Origin: a virus
Taxonomy: Duplodnaviria > Caudoviricetes
IMG/VR virus record: IMGVR_UViG_2721755553_000003
Location: 236-64,235 of that record
Direction: 5' to 3' (one strand)
Length of the DNA: 64,000 nucleotides
Shown: positions 36,789 to 45,952 of the stretch, piece by piece
How the letters are laid out: each line of letters begins with the position of its first letter
Numbering within the stretch: the stretch's first letter is position 1
The notes under the pieces: model-generated
The model's database searches: none
Seen by the model: the letters and a program-made list of their open reading frames with translations, nothing else
What the model was told of the DNA's origin: nothing
Made by a program: the position numbers and the translations under genes

Positions 36789-38141
36789 CTACTCCGCCGC
36801 CATCGGGACAGGTGCCGGCGGACCGATGATCTCGGCCGCTGCACCGATCCGGCGCGCGGACATCGCCGCGTATTCGGGGTTGAGCTCGATCAGCGTGGCG
36901 TCCAGGCCGAGACCGGCGGCGACGAGGCCAACCGTGCCAGCGCCGCCGAAAGGGTCGAGCACGCGGCCCGCGACCGGCTCAGCGAAGCGGCACAGGCCCT
37001 CGCACTGCGGATGCGGAAGTGCGGCGCCGCAAAGGCCGCAGGCCTGCACCGGGACGCCGGCCTTGATGCAGCGCTCGGCCAGGGCCGGCGGGAACGTGGC
37101 GAAGTGAGCCTCCCGATAGGCCTTCGGCGCGATCGTCCAGACGTTCCGGGCGTTGCGGGTCTCGACGAGCTGAGTGACCGAGGCGAGGAAGGAGCCCTTC
37201 GCCTTGACGTTCGTGTCCTCGCCCGCGTGCTTCGGCGTGACGCCGGGCTGGTCACGCCATCCTGCGCCGCGTCCGAATCGATCTGAGGTCTTCAGGCCAG
37301 CCTCGTCGCGGGTGAGGTCCTTCGGACCCTTCCGCGAGCGCGGCGTACGGTCGACGTTCTGCCGACTATTTGGCCCGGGCCGCTTCACGCGATCCCGCCC
37401 GCGGTCCTGCTGGTCGGGGTCCAGGCGGTCGAGGCGCCCCCAGCCCACACCCGTGTCGGTCCCGCGGGCAGCCGCGCGGACATGCGCGCCGCCGGTCACC
37501 GGCTCGCGGATGGCCTCGTGGTTGTAGAAGTAGTCCTCGCTCTTGGTGAGGAGCCAGACCTTCTCGTGCGCGGTCGTAGGCCGGTCATAGACCGACTCCG
37601 GCATCGGGTTCGGCTTGTGCCAGATGATCTCCGAGCGGACCCACCAGCCATCGTCCTGCAGGGCGATCGCCAGCCGGTTCGGGATCATGCAGAGGTCCTT
37701 CGGCTTCAGGAAGCCGCCAGCGACCACGCGACCGCCCGTCTCCATCCGCGACTGGCGATCGCTGACCTGGAAGTGGCCGCGTGGGGAGCGATTGTAGGAA
37801 GCCTCGTAGACCGGCCCGACCGTCGAGAAGGGCTTGTCCCGGAAGGTGCGATCGTCACCGACGACGTCGGCCGCAGCGCGCCCGTTCGGCGTCGCGGCGT
37901 AGCAGTCGCCGTAGTTCAGCCAGAGGGTGCCGCGCGGCTTGAGCACGCGCCGGACCTCGCGGAACACGTCGACCATGACGGCGAGGTGCTCGCCCAGCGT
38001 CCGCTCGAGCCCGATCTGGCCGGCGACGCCATAGTCGCGGAGCCCCCAGTACGGCGGGCTGGTCACGACGCTGTCGAAGAAGGCGTCCGGCATCGAGCGG
38101 AGTTGCTCGCGCACGTCGCCGACGTGGATGCGGACTGTCAT
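36789..38141 (-). CDS. Beta-class amino DNA methyltransferase (SPPY; probably m4C)
   Basis: VVTSPPYWG, HFATFPP, VLDPFGGAGT. Confidence 0.9.
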   Translation of the reverse strand: MTVRIHVGDVREQLRSMPDAFFDSVVTSPPYWGLRDYGVAGQIGLERTLGEHLAVMVDVFREVRRVLKPRGTLWLNYGDCYAATPNGRAAADVVGDDRTFRDKPFSTVGPVYEASYNRSPRGHFQVSDRQSRMETGGRVVAGGFLKPKDLCMIPNRLAIALQDDGWWVRSEIIWHKPNPMPESVYDRPTTAHEKVWLLTKSEDYFYNHEAIREPVTGGAHVRAAARGTDTGVGWGRLDRLDPDQQDRGRDRVKRPGPNSRQNVDRTPRSRKGPKDLTRDEAGLKTSDRFGRGAGWRDQPGVTPKHAGEDTNVKAKGSFLASVTQLVETRNARNVWTIAPKAYREAHFATFPPALAERCIKAGVPVQACGLCGAALPHPQCEGLCRFAEPVAGRVLDPFGGAGTVGLVAAGLGLDATLIELNPEYAAMSARRIGAAAEIIGPPAPVPMAAE

Positions 38142-38380
38142 GCGAGCCCCCGGGCGGTGAGGGCCAGTCCGGCGTGGGTCGCAGCGCACTCGAACACCTG
38201 CGCGGCCACAGCCTCGCAGAGGACGTTCGCAGCCTTGGTGTCGCCCTCGGCGGCGATCGCGATGGCGAGGCCGGCGCCGGCAGTCAGCGCGGCGCAGAGG
38301 TCCTGAAGGCGGGCGAGATCGCCCTGCGCCTCGAACACCTTGTCGGCGATGAGCGAGTCGAGGTCGAGAAGCGTGCTCAT
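38138..38380 (-). CDS. Hypothetical protein (80 aa)
   Basis: Coupled ORF. Confidence 0.65.
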   Translation of the reverse strand: MSTLLDLDSLIADKVFEAQGDLARLQDLCAALTAGAGLAIAIAAEGDTKAANVLCEAVAAQVFECAATHAGLALTARGLA

Positions 38381-38574
38381 GCAGCCCTCCGGCGGCGAAC
38401 CGGCATCATGTCTTCCGGGACGAGGCGCACGCCGGGCGCGAGGCGGGGCGCCATCTCGGTGCCGTCCAGGTGGAACGACCGCGCGCAGAGCGAGAAGGAT
38501 TCAGCGGCGTCGAGCGCCTGCCCGTAGGAGCCGCGGTAGAGGATGCGGCTGGCGCTCATCAGGAGCCATGTCAT
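38377..38574 (-). CDS. Hypothetical protein (65 aa)
   Basis: ATG overlapping the rusA stop. Confidence 0.55.
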   Translation of the reverse strand: MTWLLMSASRILYRGSYGQALDAAESFSLCARSFHLDGTEMAPRLAPGVRLVPEDMMPVRRRRAA

Positions 38575-39029
38575 GCCGCCGCCCTCACGGCTTGCGGCTC
38601 CAGCGCCGTGACCTGGATCACCAGCTCGGGCGTCTCGCCGTAGAACTTGCGGACCAGGCCATCGACCACGGACGCGTCGTCGGCCCAGACGACGTGGTTC
38701 AGCGCGTCGATGACCTTGGCGATGTTGTCCCAGTCCGGCTTGGTCGTGGGCCGCAGGCGGCGCTCGATCGCGTCCAGCCGCTTCCGCTTCGACCAGCTCG
38801 CCGGAATCGGCATGGTCGCGAAGATCCGGACCTCCAGCGGTCCGGCGAGGAGGGCGCGCCCGCGCATGACGGCGCCGGCCGCGAGGCGCAGGGCGCTCTC
38901 GTAGGCCTCGGTCTTCTGATCGGGATGGGAGTGAATGCGGGCCACTCCTCCCCGATGGACGAGCTGCGCGCGGTGCCGGCCCTTCCCGCGAGGGGCGCCG
39001 GGCAGGCGGATGATGACGGTCTCGGACAC
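38571..39029 (-). CDS. rusA: RusA-family Holliday junction resolvase
   Basis: KPDWDNIAK.IDALN.VVWADDA.VV. Confidence 0.9.
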   Translation of the reverse strand: MSETVIIRLPGAPRGKGRHRAQLVHRGGVARIHSHPDQKTEAYESALRLAAGAVMRGRALLAGPLEVRIFATMPIPASWSKRKRLDAIERRLRPTTKPDWDNIAKVIDALNHVVWADDASVVDGLVRKFYGETPELVIQVTALEPQAVRAAA

Positions 39030-39044
39030 CGCGCGCCTCCAGGC

Positions 39045-39611
39045 TCAAGCGTCCGCGGGTTCGCGCGTGCGGCGCGACCGGGTCTCGCGGGCGGGCTGCT
39101 CCGGCAGGGGCGAGCGATCGACGGCTTCCTCGCCGTCCTCGTCATCCCCCTCGGCCTCATCCTCGTCGATCGGGAGGGCGGGCTGGTCCTTGTCCGCGAC
39201 CGCATCGGCGCGCTGGCCGAAGAAGACGCTTGGCTCGGCCAGGACGAGGACCGCCGGCTTTGCGCCGTGCTCGGCCAGCTTGGTGATGTCGTCGACCGAG
39301 CCGGAGGCGCCGACCTCGAGCTTGAGGCCGTCCTTCACGGTCCACTTGCCGGTCGAGACCACCAGGTGGTCGAAGCCCTGATGCGCCACGACCGCGATGG
39401 CCTCGCGCACCGTCTTCCCGGCGATCTCCTCGCAGCGGCTGATCATCACCCGCTGCTCGTGCTCGGACATCTTGGTCCAGCACGGCATCTGCCGGCAGAT
39501 GTTGTCGAGGATCCGGTCGCGGATATCGCCGCGCAAGGTCTCGATGCCGAGCTCTACAGCGGCTTCGGCTTGCGCGACGGCGTCTGTTGTGGCTTCCATT
39601 GCTCTCTCCAT
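39045..39611 (-). CDS. Conserved phage hypothetical protein
   Basis: 188-aa ORF with acidic C-terminus. Confidence 0.7.
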   Translation of the reverse strand: MERAMEATTDAVAQAEAAVELGIETLRGDIRDRILDNICRQMPCWTKMSEHEQRVMISRCEEIAGKTVREAIAVVAHQGFDHLVVSTGKWTVKDGLKLEVGASGSVDDITKLAEHGAKPAVLVLAEPSVFFGQRADAVADKDQPALPIDEDEAEGDDEDGEEAVDRSPLPEQPARETRSRRTREPADA

Positions 39612-39683
39612 GGATGGGCACCACGCCCATTCGGTTCAGACCGCCCGGCACCCGCTCCCACAGCAGGCCGGGCGGTTCTCGTT

Positions 39684-39983
39684 TCAGGGGTGCGGGCGGT
39701 TGCCCGGCAGGCGCGGGTCGCGGCCGGCGTGGCGAGGCACACGCGGCTCCTCGACGACGGGCGAGCGGTCGCCGAGCGGCGCGTGGAACTGCTGCTGCGC
39801 TGCCGCCGGCGTCTTCTCGGACAGCATCTCCGCCATCCGCTCGGCCCACACGAGGAGCGTGATCAGCCCGTTCCGCACCAGCACGTTCGCCGCGGTCGAC
39901 GGCACGTGCTTCTCGACGCCCTCGCGTAGGGTCGCGAAGTGCGCCGGCAGGGTGGTGACGAAGGCGCCGGCAGACATGGTCAA
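39684..39983 (-). CDS. Hypothetical protein (99 aa)
   Basis: Coupled to the upstream stop. Confidence 0.55.
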   Translation of the reverse strand: MTMSAGAFVTTLPAHFATLREGVEKHVPSTAANVLVRNGLITLLVWAERMAEMLSEKTPAAAQQQFHAPLGDRSPVVEEPRVPRHAGRDPRLPGNRPHP

Positions 39984-40585
39984 GCCGCCCGGACCGGGTC
40001 AGCCTCGGACGCCGCGAGCTGCTCGCGGAGCAGATAGCCCTCCAGCGGCCAGAGCTGCCGGAAGGCGTTCTCGTAGGCGTAGCGCTCGCCGACCTGCTGG
40101 TCGTAGTTCTCCGGCGCGGCCGGTGCGCTGTGCCCCTCGACGAAGAAGCCGTTCCGCAGCGTGATGATGCAGATCGTCAGGTGCCGGACGCGGAAGTACT
40201 CGACATCCGCGATCTTGGCCTTGATCGACGCCTCGGTGACGCGGGGCGCCGTCTTCGTCTCGACGATCGCCTGCGTTTCGCCGAGCGTGAGCGCCGGCTC
40301 GCCGCGGGCATCAGCCTCCTGTGACAGCGGTGCGTATCCGGCCTCGAACACCATCCGCGGCGAGTGCGAGAGGTAGCCGTCGGTCTGGCCCGGGATCGGC
40401 TCGTACCGCACCAGCATGTCGCCCTCGGCCGGCGCGCCGCGTGAGGCGAAGCCGGCCGGCACGTCGATGAGAGCGCCGCTCTTGAGCGCGATCCGACCCG
40501 AGCCGTCCGACCGGAACTCGGCCGCCGCGATCGGGTGGGCCTCGACCTGCTTGTGAGAGACGTGGGTCGGCTTGAAGGGCTCCAT
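39980..40585 (-). CDS. N4 Gp49/Sf6 gp66-family protein
   Basis: APRVT...LTICIITLRNGFFVEG.SA...ENYD..VG..YA..NA..QLWPLEGYLL. Confidence 0.85.
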   Translation of the reverse strand: MEPFKPTHVSHKQVEAHPIAAAEFRSDGSGRIALKSGALIDVPAGFASRGAPAEGDMLVRYEPIPGQTDGYLSHSPRMVFEAGYAPLSQEADARGEPALTLGETQAIVETKTAPRVTEASIKAKIADVEYFRVRHLTICIITLRNGFFVEGHSAPAAPENYDQQVGERYAYENAFRQLWPLEGYLLREQLAASEADPVRAA

Positions 40586-40587
40586 GT

Positions 40588-41070
40588 TCACTCCTCCTCG
40601 TTCGCGGCCCGCCACAGCGGCAGGTCGTTCAGTTCCATCGGAAGCGCTTGAACCGGCTGGCGAAGCGGACGCGCCACGCGCGCAGCTGCGCCTTCAGCCG
40701 GGCGGTCTGCAGCGCGAAGAAGAGCTTCACCCGCGCGCACAGCAGGGTGCGCAGGGCCAGCGACGGCGGCGGTGACCTGGACGTCATGGGCGAGCCTCCT
40801 GAGTTGCCGCTCGCATTCGGCGGCGTGGGCGGCCTCGATCCGCGCCAGGATGTGCGAGGCGATTTCCTTGGGGGGCCGGTAGCGGAGCGCCCACAGCTTC
40901 CCGAACGGGATGGCGGCGCGCGTCGCGATCCGGCGCATGGCGTTGGCCGTGTCGCCTGGTCCGCGGATCTCGAGGCGCAACAGCTCGTCGAAGGCGCTAC
41001 GCGCCCGGATCACGTCAGCGTCTGGCATTTGAGCTTTCCGCAAAAACCTTTTGCACATCAGCAAATCCAC
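40588..41070 (-). CDS. Hypothetical protein, possible HTH (CII-like position)
   Basis: AMRRIATRAAIPFGKLWALRYR. Confidence 0.6.
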   Translation of the reverse strand: MDLLMCKRFLRKAQMPDADVIRARSAFDELLRLEIRGPGDTANAMRRIATRAAIPFGKLWALRYRPPKEIASHILARIEAAHAAECERQLRRLAHDVQVTAAVAGPAHPAVRAGEALLRAADRPAEGAAARVARPLRQPVQALPMELNDLPLWRAANEEE

Positions 41071-41390
41071 CCGTGGTTACTTGCGACCACGGACGGAGGG
41101 AGCCGACATGCAGAGGGAGTTCTTGAGGGTACGCACGACACACAGCGCGACCGCCGGCTTGCAGGCGATGACGGGCGCGCAGGAGAGGGGACGACCCGGC
41201 CGAGGGTCCGAGTTTGCGATGGTCTCGGCCGGGTCGCTCGCTGGCGGGAGGCGTGAGCCTGCGACCGCTGCGATGGGGGAAAGCTGTGCACAGCCGCGCG
41301 ACAGCCAGTAAAGACGAGGGCACGGCCGACGCGTTACAGTTCTCGCGGAAGAGAACGGTAGAACCGGCCATGGCGATCGGCAACGACATC

Positions 41391-41897
41391 TCAGGCGCGC
41401 CTCTTCAGACGCGCCATGCCACGGCTCACGCGCTCGCGAAGCGAGGCGGCGTTGTCCTGCCCGACAACGACAACGTCCGCGGGGCTGGCCGACCGGGCCG
41501 CGACCGGCTCAACCGGAACGAAGCTGATGCCGCGGTCCATGGCCTGGGCGATGCGCACCAGGTCGGCGAACCGGTCTCGGTGCGGGAGCAGCGCGAGAAG
41601 CTCGGCGTCCTGGGCTTCGGCCTGGAGGTGCTGCGCGGCGCGCTCCAGGTCGAGGGCCTGCTGCGCCATCTCGGCCGGCGCGCCGGTGTCCGGATGCTCG
41701 CCGCGCTCGACCTCGATGGCGAGACGCGACGCCAGGATCGCGAACGCGCCCGCAGCGCGGCGGCAGGCACAGCCAAGGGCCAGTAGGTTCTTCGCGTCGG
41801 TCACGGTGGGCTCCAGGCAGGAGACCGCCACCGAGGCAGAGGCCTCGACGCTGGCGACGGCAGGGGCACGCGGCGAAAGACGAGGGGCGGCGCTCAT
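41391..41897 (-). CDS. Hypothetical protein (168 aa)
   Basis: ATG overlapping the upstream stop. Confidence 0.55.
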   Translation of the reverse strand: MSAAPRLSPRAPAVASVEASASVAVSCLEPTVTDAKNLLALGCACRRAAGAFAILASRLAIEVERGEHPDTGAPAEMAQQALDLERAAQHLQAEAQDAELLALLPHRDRFADLVRIAQAMDRGISFVPVEPVAARSASPADVVVVGQDNAASLRERVSRGMARLKRRA

Positions 41898-42049
41898 CAC
41901 AGCACCGCCAGGGCGCGACAGCCGATCAGCAGGGCCGGCAGCACGGTGATCGCCGCGATGATCGGCCGGAAGCCGAGCAGGCCGCCGACGACCGTTCCGA
42001 CCGAGACCACGACCATCAGCTTGAGGAGGAAGAACAGTGCCGCGAGCAT
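41897..42049 (-). CDS. 2-TM microprotein (50 aa)
   Basis: MLAALFFLLKLMVVVSVG...; TGATG coupling. Confidence 0.55.
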   Translation of the reverse strand: MLAALFFLLKLMVVVSVGTVVGGLLGFRPIIAAITVLPALLIGCRALAVL

Positions 42050-42366
42050 CAGCGCCGGGCCTCCGCAGGGCGCCGCGGCGGCCGCGCATAAGCTCGACCC
42101 ATCCACTCGGTCAGATCCGGGCGGAAGCGAGCCGGAGCGGAAGCGGCCGGCTGCGGCTCGCCTCCGACGGCCCGGTACGCCATCTCCAGGAAGAGGTTGG
42201 CGCGGCCGTGGTCGGTAGCCGCGACGAAGGCGCTCAGAACGTCGGCGTAGGCCCGCGGGCACGGGCCACCATGGCGCTCAAGCGCGACTTCGATCACGCG
42301 GCATGCCTCGTCGTGCGTGTGGACCGCACGATCGGTGCCGAGGACGGCAGTGAGATCGGCGCCCAT
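42049..42366 (-). CDS. Hypothetical protein (105 aa)
   Basis: Coupled to the cro stop. Confidence 0.55.
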   Translation of the reverse strand: MGADLTAVLGTDRAVHTHDEACRVIEVALERHGGPCPRAYADVLSAFVAATDHGRANLFLEMAYRAVGGEPQPAASAPARFRPDLTEWMGRAYARPPRRPAEARR

Positions 42367-42629
42367 CACGCGGCGCTCGCGGTCTGGGCGGCGCGCTTCG
42401 CAGCGGCCTCCTCGCGGCGCTGGTCCGAGGCCATGACGGCTTCGAGGAAGTCGTTGGGCGTGACCTTGCCTTCGGTCGCCTTCGCGATGCGCTGCTGCAT
42501 GGCGGGGCGCGGAATGCGCTGGCCGTATCGCCACTTCCGAACCGCCCACTCCGACACGTCATCCCCGAGGATCTGGGCGAACCCCTCGTCGGACAGCGAT
42601 CTCTCGCGAATGAAGGCGTCGAGCTGCAT
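42366..42629 (-). CDS. cro: Cro-like HTH regulator
   Basis: LSDEGFAQILG..VSEWAVRKWRYGQRIP...T.GKVTPNDF; divergent from cI. Confidence 0.85.
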   Translation of the reverse strand: MQLDAFIRERSLSDEGFAQILGDDVSEWAVRKWRYGQRIPRPAMQQRIAKATEGKVTPNDFLEAVMASDQRREEAAAKRAAQTASAA

Positions 42630-42641
42630 GCCCGAAGGTAT

Positions 42642-42718
42642 ATGCCCATGATGGGCACACGGTCAATCGAGAAGTGTGCCCACCTTGTGCTCTGTTCTGA
42701 GAAGCCCACTTTGGGCAC
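42642..42718. promoter_or_regulatory. OR operator cluster, three 17-bp sites (GTGCCCA-N3-TGGGCAC consensus), with PR
   Basis: 42642-58, 42676-92, 42702-18; minus-strand ATTGAC-N17-CATATA overlaps the first site. Confidence 0.85.
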
Positions 42719-42728
42719 TCATCGCCGT

Positions 42729-43301
42729 ATGGCGAATAATCTCGCACGGCTGAGGCAGGATCGCGGGTGGTCGCAGGATCATCTCGCCGGCCTCATGGGC
42801 ACGACACGCAACCAGCTCGCAAAGCTTGAGGGCGGATCGCGGCGTCTGTCCGACGTCTGGATCGAGCGCGCAGCAAAGGCGCTCGGCGTGGATGCTGGCG
42901 CGCTGGTCACCACGCTCGATGACGTGACCGTCGTGGGGGACGTCGGCGCCGGCGGCCGGGTCATCTACCACGGGGAGGAGCAGGGCGGCATCGACCGCGC
43001 GGAACGGCCTCCGCGGTCCTCTGGCGGCCTCGTCGCGGTGCGCGTTCAGGGTGATTCCATGCCGGGCGTCGCCGAGGACCAGTGGCTGATCTACTACGAC
43101 GAGCGCGTGCGCGGCGTACCGGACGAGTGGCTGGGCAAGGTTTGCGTCGTGTGGCTGCCCGACGATCGAGTTTTCGTGAAGAGGATCTATCGCGGGCGCG
43201 ACCCCGGAACGTTCGACCTGGTCTCCACCGGGTCTTACGACCCGATGAGAGATGAGGAGGTCGCATATTCGGCGATCGTCCGCTTCACGCAGCAGCGCTG
43301 A
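42729..43301 (+). CDS. cI: CI-like repressor (XRE HTH plus S24 peptidase)
   Basis: LARLRQDRGWSQ.HLA..MG; VGAG cleavage-like site; VQGDSM (Ser); VFVKR (Lys). Confidence 0.92.
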   Translation: MANNLARLRQDRGWSQDHLAGLMGTTRNQLAKLEGGSRRLSDVWIERAAKALGVDAGALVTTLDDVTVVGDVGAGGRVIYHGEEQGGIDRAERPPRSSGGLVAVRVQGDSMPGVAEDQWLIYYDERVRGVPDEWLGKVCVVWLPDDRVFVKRIYRGRDPGTFDLVSTGSYDPMRDEEVAYSAIVRFTQQR

Positions 43302-43302
43302 A

Positions 43303-43560
43303 CTAGAACGGCAGGTCCGTCTCTCCACCGGGCACGGCGCCGACAGTCACCAGAATTTCCGGCTCCTCGTATTCGCCCATCGCCGGATCGCAGGTGCGGG
43401 TCAGCGCGACTGCGCCTATCGCGATCCCATCGGCCACCAGCCTCTCAGCCAGCGCCCGCGCGGCATCTGCGCTTGAGCAGGCACGGATGTGGTCGGGCCC
43501 TACGCGTCCCTTCTTCGTGCGGACATAGGGTTGGACTGCATGCTCGGATGTAAGCGCCAC
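43303..43560 (-). CDS. Small hypothetical protein with upstream LexA box
   Basis: 85 aa, GGAGGG SD, GTG start. Confidence 0.75.
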   Translation of the reverse strand: MALTSEHAVQPYVRTKKGRVGPDHIRACSSADAARALAERLVADGIAIGAVALTRTCDPAMGEYEEPEILVTVGAVPGGETDLPF

Positions 43561-43593
43561 AGGGTCCCTCCAGTTGGCTCGCCCTCAGGTTGA

Positions 43594-43608
43594 GAACGGA
43601 ACGTGAAC
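43594..43608 (-). promoter_or_regulatory. LexA box inside a sigma70-type promoter
   Basis: GTTC-ACGTTCC-GTTC in the spacer of TTGACC-N17-CAACCT. Confidence 0.8.
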
Positions 43609-43664
43609 AGGTCAAGGAGCCTGGGCACAGCCTGTGGATGAAGGTGGATAACAAAATCCCGATT

Positions 43665-43705
43665 GTGCCCATTATGGGCTTGTAGTTCGTGCCCACATAG
43701 GGCAC
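43665..43705. promoter_or_regulatory. OL operator pair
   Basis: GTGCCCATTATGGGCTT (43665-81) and GTGCCCACATAGGGCAC (43689-705). Confidence 0.85.
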
Positions 43706-43745
43706 GTTATACCCATCGCCGCTCACCGAGCCGATGGAGCCCCAG

Positions 43746-43895
43746 ATGCTCACCGCCTACCTCGACAATCTCCAGCACGCCTCGGCCGGAGCCCAGATCG
43801 CCGGCTGCGTCCTGAGCTTCATGGCTCTCGGCCTCGGCCCGTTCGTGCCCGGCTTCGTTGCCGATCACGTCCGCGCTTACCGAGCCGCCCGCTGA
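43746..43895 (+). CDS. First PL gene, TM microprotein (49 aa)
   Basis: GGAG SD; own translation MLTAYLDNLQHASAGAQIAGCVLSFMALGLG... Confidence 0.55.
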   Translation: MLTAYLDNLQHASAGAQIAGCVLSFMALGLGPFVPGFVADHVRAYRAAR

Positions 43896-43897
43896 CC

Positions 43898-44182
43898 ATG
43901 GCGACCCACTCCGCCAAGGCGCGCGCCGCCAGCCTCGCCCGCTTCGCCGCTCGCTGCGAAGCCGGTCGCAAGAACCTGCCCGACCCCCGCTTCCGCCCGA
44001 GCCAGAGCCCGGCCCTCAACGCGGCGATCGCCGAGATGGAGGACCACCGCCGCCGGTGGGACGCCGCGCGCGCCGAGGCTCTCGTCGCCACCGGCTGCAC
44101 CGAGCCGCCGGCCCGCGACACCCGCCTCGACCTGTCCCTCGCGCCGGCCGCTGTCCGGTCGCCGACCGGAGCCCTGCTGTGA
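43898..44182 (+). CDS. Hypothetical protein (94 aa)
   Basis: Coupled early ORF. Confidence 0.6.
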   Translation: MATHSAKARAASLARFAARCEAGRKNLPDPRFRPSQSPALNAAIAEMEDHRRRWDAARAEALVATGCTEPPARDTRLDLSLAPAAVRSPTGALL

Positions 44183-44442
44183 ACGCCTTCCGTGAAGCGC
44201 ACCGGCACGCCCTGCCGGCCGCGAGCCTCGACGCGCATGAGCCCGTCGCCTTTCCGAGCGGCGTCGCACTGGCCGACGCCGTCGCCAGCTTCCTGCGCGC
44301 CTTCGACCACGGCCACCTCGGCTCGTTCGGGCGCTGCGGGGGCGAGGACAGCGCCTGGATCGCCGACATGCGCGAGCAGCTCGCCGCCTTCCGTGCGGAC
44401 CGCGCCCTCGTCGGCAACCTGCAGGATGGAGGCGTCCGTTGA
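44179..44442 (+). CDS. Hypothetical protein (87 aa)
   Basis: GTG overlapping the upstream stop. Confidence 0.55.
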   Translation: MNAFREAHRHALPAASLDAHEPVAFPSGVALADAVASFLRAFDHGHLGSFGRCGGEDSAWIADMREQLAAFRADRALVGNLQDGGVR

Positions 44443-44855
44443 GCGTGACCCAGCCTCTGACCTTCAACCAGGAGGTCTTCATCGCGGCGGTGGACGAGCG
44501 GGCCGCCCTGCTCGGCCTGCCGACCTACAGCGAGATCGCCCACGCGCTCCCGCGGCACGTCGCGGCCCACGGGATGGCCGAGCGCAACAGCGCCGAGCTT
44601 TACGCCGTCCTGCGCACCCTCGAGGGCCAGGTCGGCGAACTGCAGGTCCTCCTCGCCCGGACCGGCCTCGACCAGCCGCGCGAGGTCGTCGAGCTCATCC
44701 TGGAGGAGGCGCTGGAGAAGGCCGCGGCCGCCAGCATGGCCGCCGGCGTCGCGCTCTTCACCGCCGAGACCCGCGTCGACCTCGACGGGCGCGACGACGT
44801 CACCGTGCTCGCCGACGCGCGCACGCGGCTCCGGGCTGCCGGGAGGCGCCTGTGA
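44439..44855 (+). CDS. Hypothetical protein (138 aa)
   Basis: Coupled early ORF. Confidence 0.6.
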   Translation: MSVTQPLTFNQEVFIAAVDERAALLGLPTYSEIAHALPRHVAAHGMAERNSAELYAVLRTLEGQVGELQVLLARTGLDQPREVVELILEEALEKAAAASMAAGVALFTAETRVDLDGRDDVTVLADARTRLRAAGRRL

Positions 44856-44887
44856 CTCTCCCGCCCTTCACCCAAACCGAGGCCGTG

Positions 44888-45154
44888 ATGACCCGCTCCG
44901 TGCTCCCCTTCGAGATGCGCGAGCCCCGCGCCGTGACGCCGGCGCACCGTGCGACCTTCCTCGGCATCCGCCCGCCGGTCCGCGCCTGTGAGAGCACCCT
45001 GCGCGGCCTCGCCGACGCCGATGGGACGGTGTTCGCGCTGATCCTGTCGACCGGCTCAGTGAGCCTCGACCGCGAGCGGGCCGAGATGCTCGCCTCCGCC
45101 ATCAACGCCGGGCTCGGCGTCGCCGGCCTGCCAGTCACCGTCCCCGCAGAGTGA
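44888..45154 (+). CDS. Hypothetical protein (88 aa)
   Basis: ATG with GAGG SD. Confidence 0.55.
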   Translation: MTRSVLPFEMREPRAVTPAHRATFLGIRPPVRACESTLRGLADADGTVFALILSTGSVSLDRERAEMLASAINAGLGVAGLPVTVPAE

Positions 45155-45159
45155 GCACC

Positions 45160-45951
45160 ATGTCAGCAGCACGCCAAGAGATCGCCGTCGCCGACACTGC
45201 GCAGGTGCCGGCCGCTCATCCGGCCGAGGGCGCCGCCGTCCTGTCCATCATCGAGCGGATGGCCCGGGACCCGAACATCGACCCGGACCGCGTCGAGCGG
45301 TTCCTCGTCATGGCGCGCGAGGACCGGGCCGAGCGCGCGCGCATCGCATTCAACGCCGCGATGTCCGCCTGTCAGGCCGAGTTGCCACGCGTCCTGCGGG
45401 ACGCCCGCAATACGCATTCCGGCGCCGCCTACGCCCGCCTGGAGAGCATCGCCAAGGCTACGGCGCCGATCATCGCCCGGCACGGCTTCTCGCTCTCGTT
45501 CGACACCGAGCCGTCGCCGATCCAGGGCAACCTCCGGGTCACCTGCACCTGTGCCCACGAGGCCGGGCACGAGCGCGCCTATCACCTCGACCTCCCGCCC
45601 GACACCGCCGGCGCCCAGGGCAAGGCCAACAAGACCCCCATCCAGGGGATCGGCTCCACGATCACCTATGCCCGGCGCTACCTCGTCCTGCAGGTGTTCA
45701 ACATCGCGCTGACGAACGACCCGCACGACACGGACGGGGTGCCGGCCGGCGGCAACGACGACGTCATCAGCGACGAGCAGGCGGAGCAGATCCGCAAGCA
45801 GCTCACCGAGCACAAGATCCCGCCGGACCGGCTGCTGCGCTTCTTCGGCGTCGAGAGCGTGCCAGACCTGCCGGCCAATCGGTTCGACGAGGTCCTCGCC
45901 TCCATCAAGACCACCGTGGCCAACCGCGCCCGCCAGCAGGAGGGCCGCTGA
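45160..45951 (+). CDS. erf: ERF-family ssDNA annealing protein
   Basis: YARLESI....PI...HGFS; Q.IGSTITYARRY....FNI...D.DTDG. Confidence 0.9.
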   Translation: MSAARQEIAVADTAQVPAAHPAEGAAVLSIIERMARDPNIDPDRVERFLVMAREDRAERARIAFNAAMSACQAELPRVLRDARNTHSGAAYARLESIAKATAPIIARHGFSLSFDTEPSPIQGNLRVTCTCAHEAGHERAYHLDLPPDTAGAQGKANKTPIQGIGSTITYARRYLVLQVFNIALTNDPHDTDGVPAGGNDDVISDEQAEQIRKQLTEHKIPPDRLLRFFGVESVPDLPANRFDEVLASIKTTVANRARQQEGR

Positions 45952-45952
45952 C

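Noticed and set aside
38340-39929. 529-aa plus-strand ORF (and the similar 45163-46443 and 46757-47968 on the minus strand)
   Set aside because: Antisense shadows of recognisable genes.
42642-42728. Longer cI start at 42642
   Set aside because: The extension runs through the operators; the HTH begins after ATG 42729.
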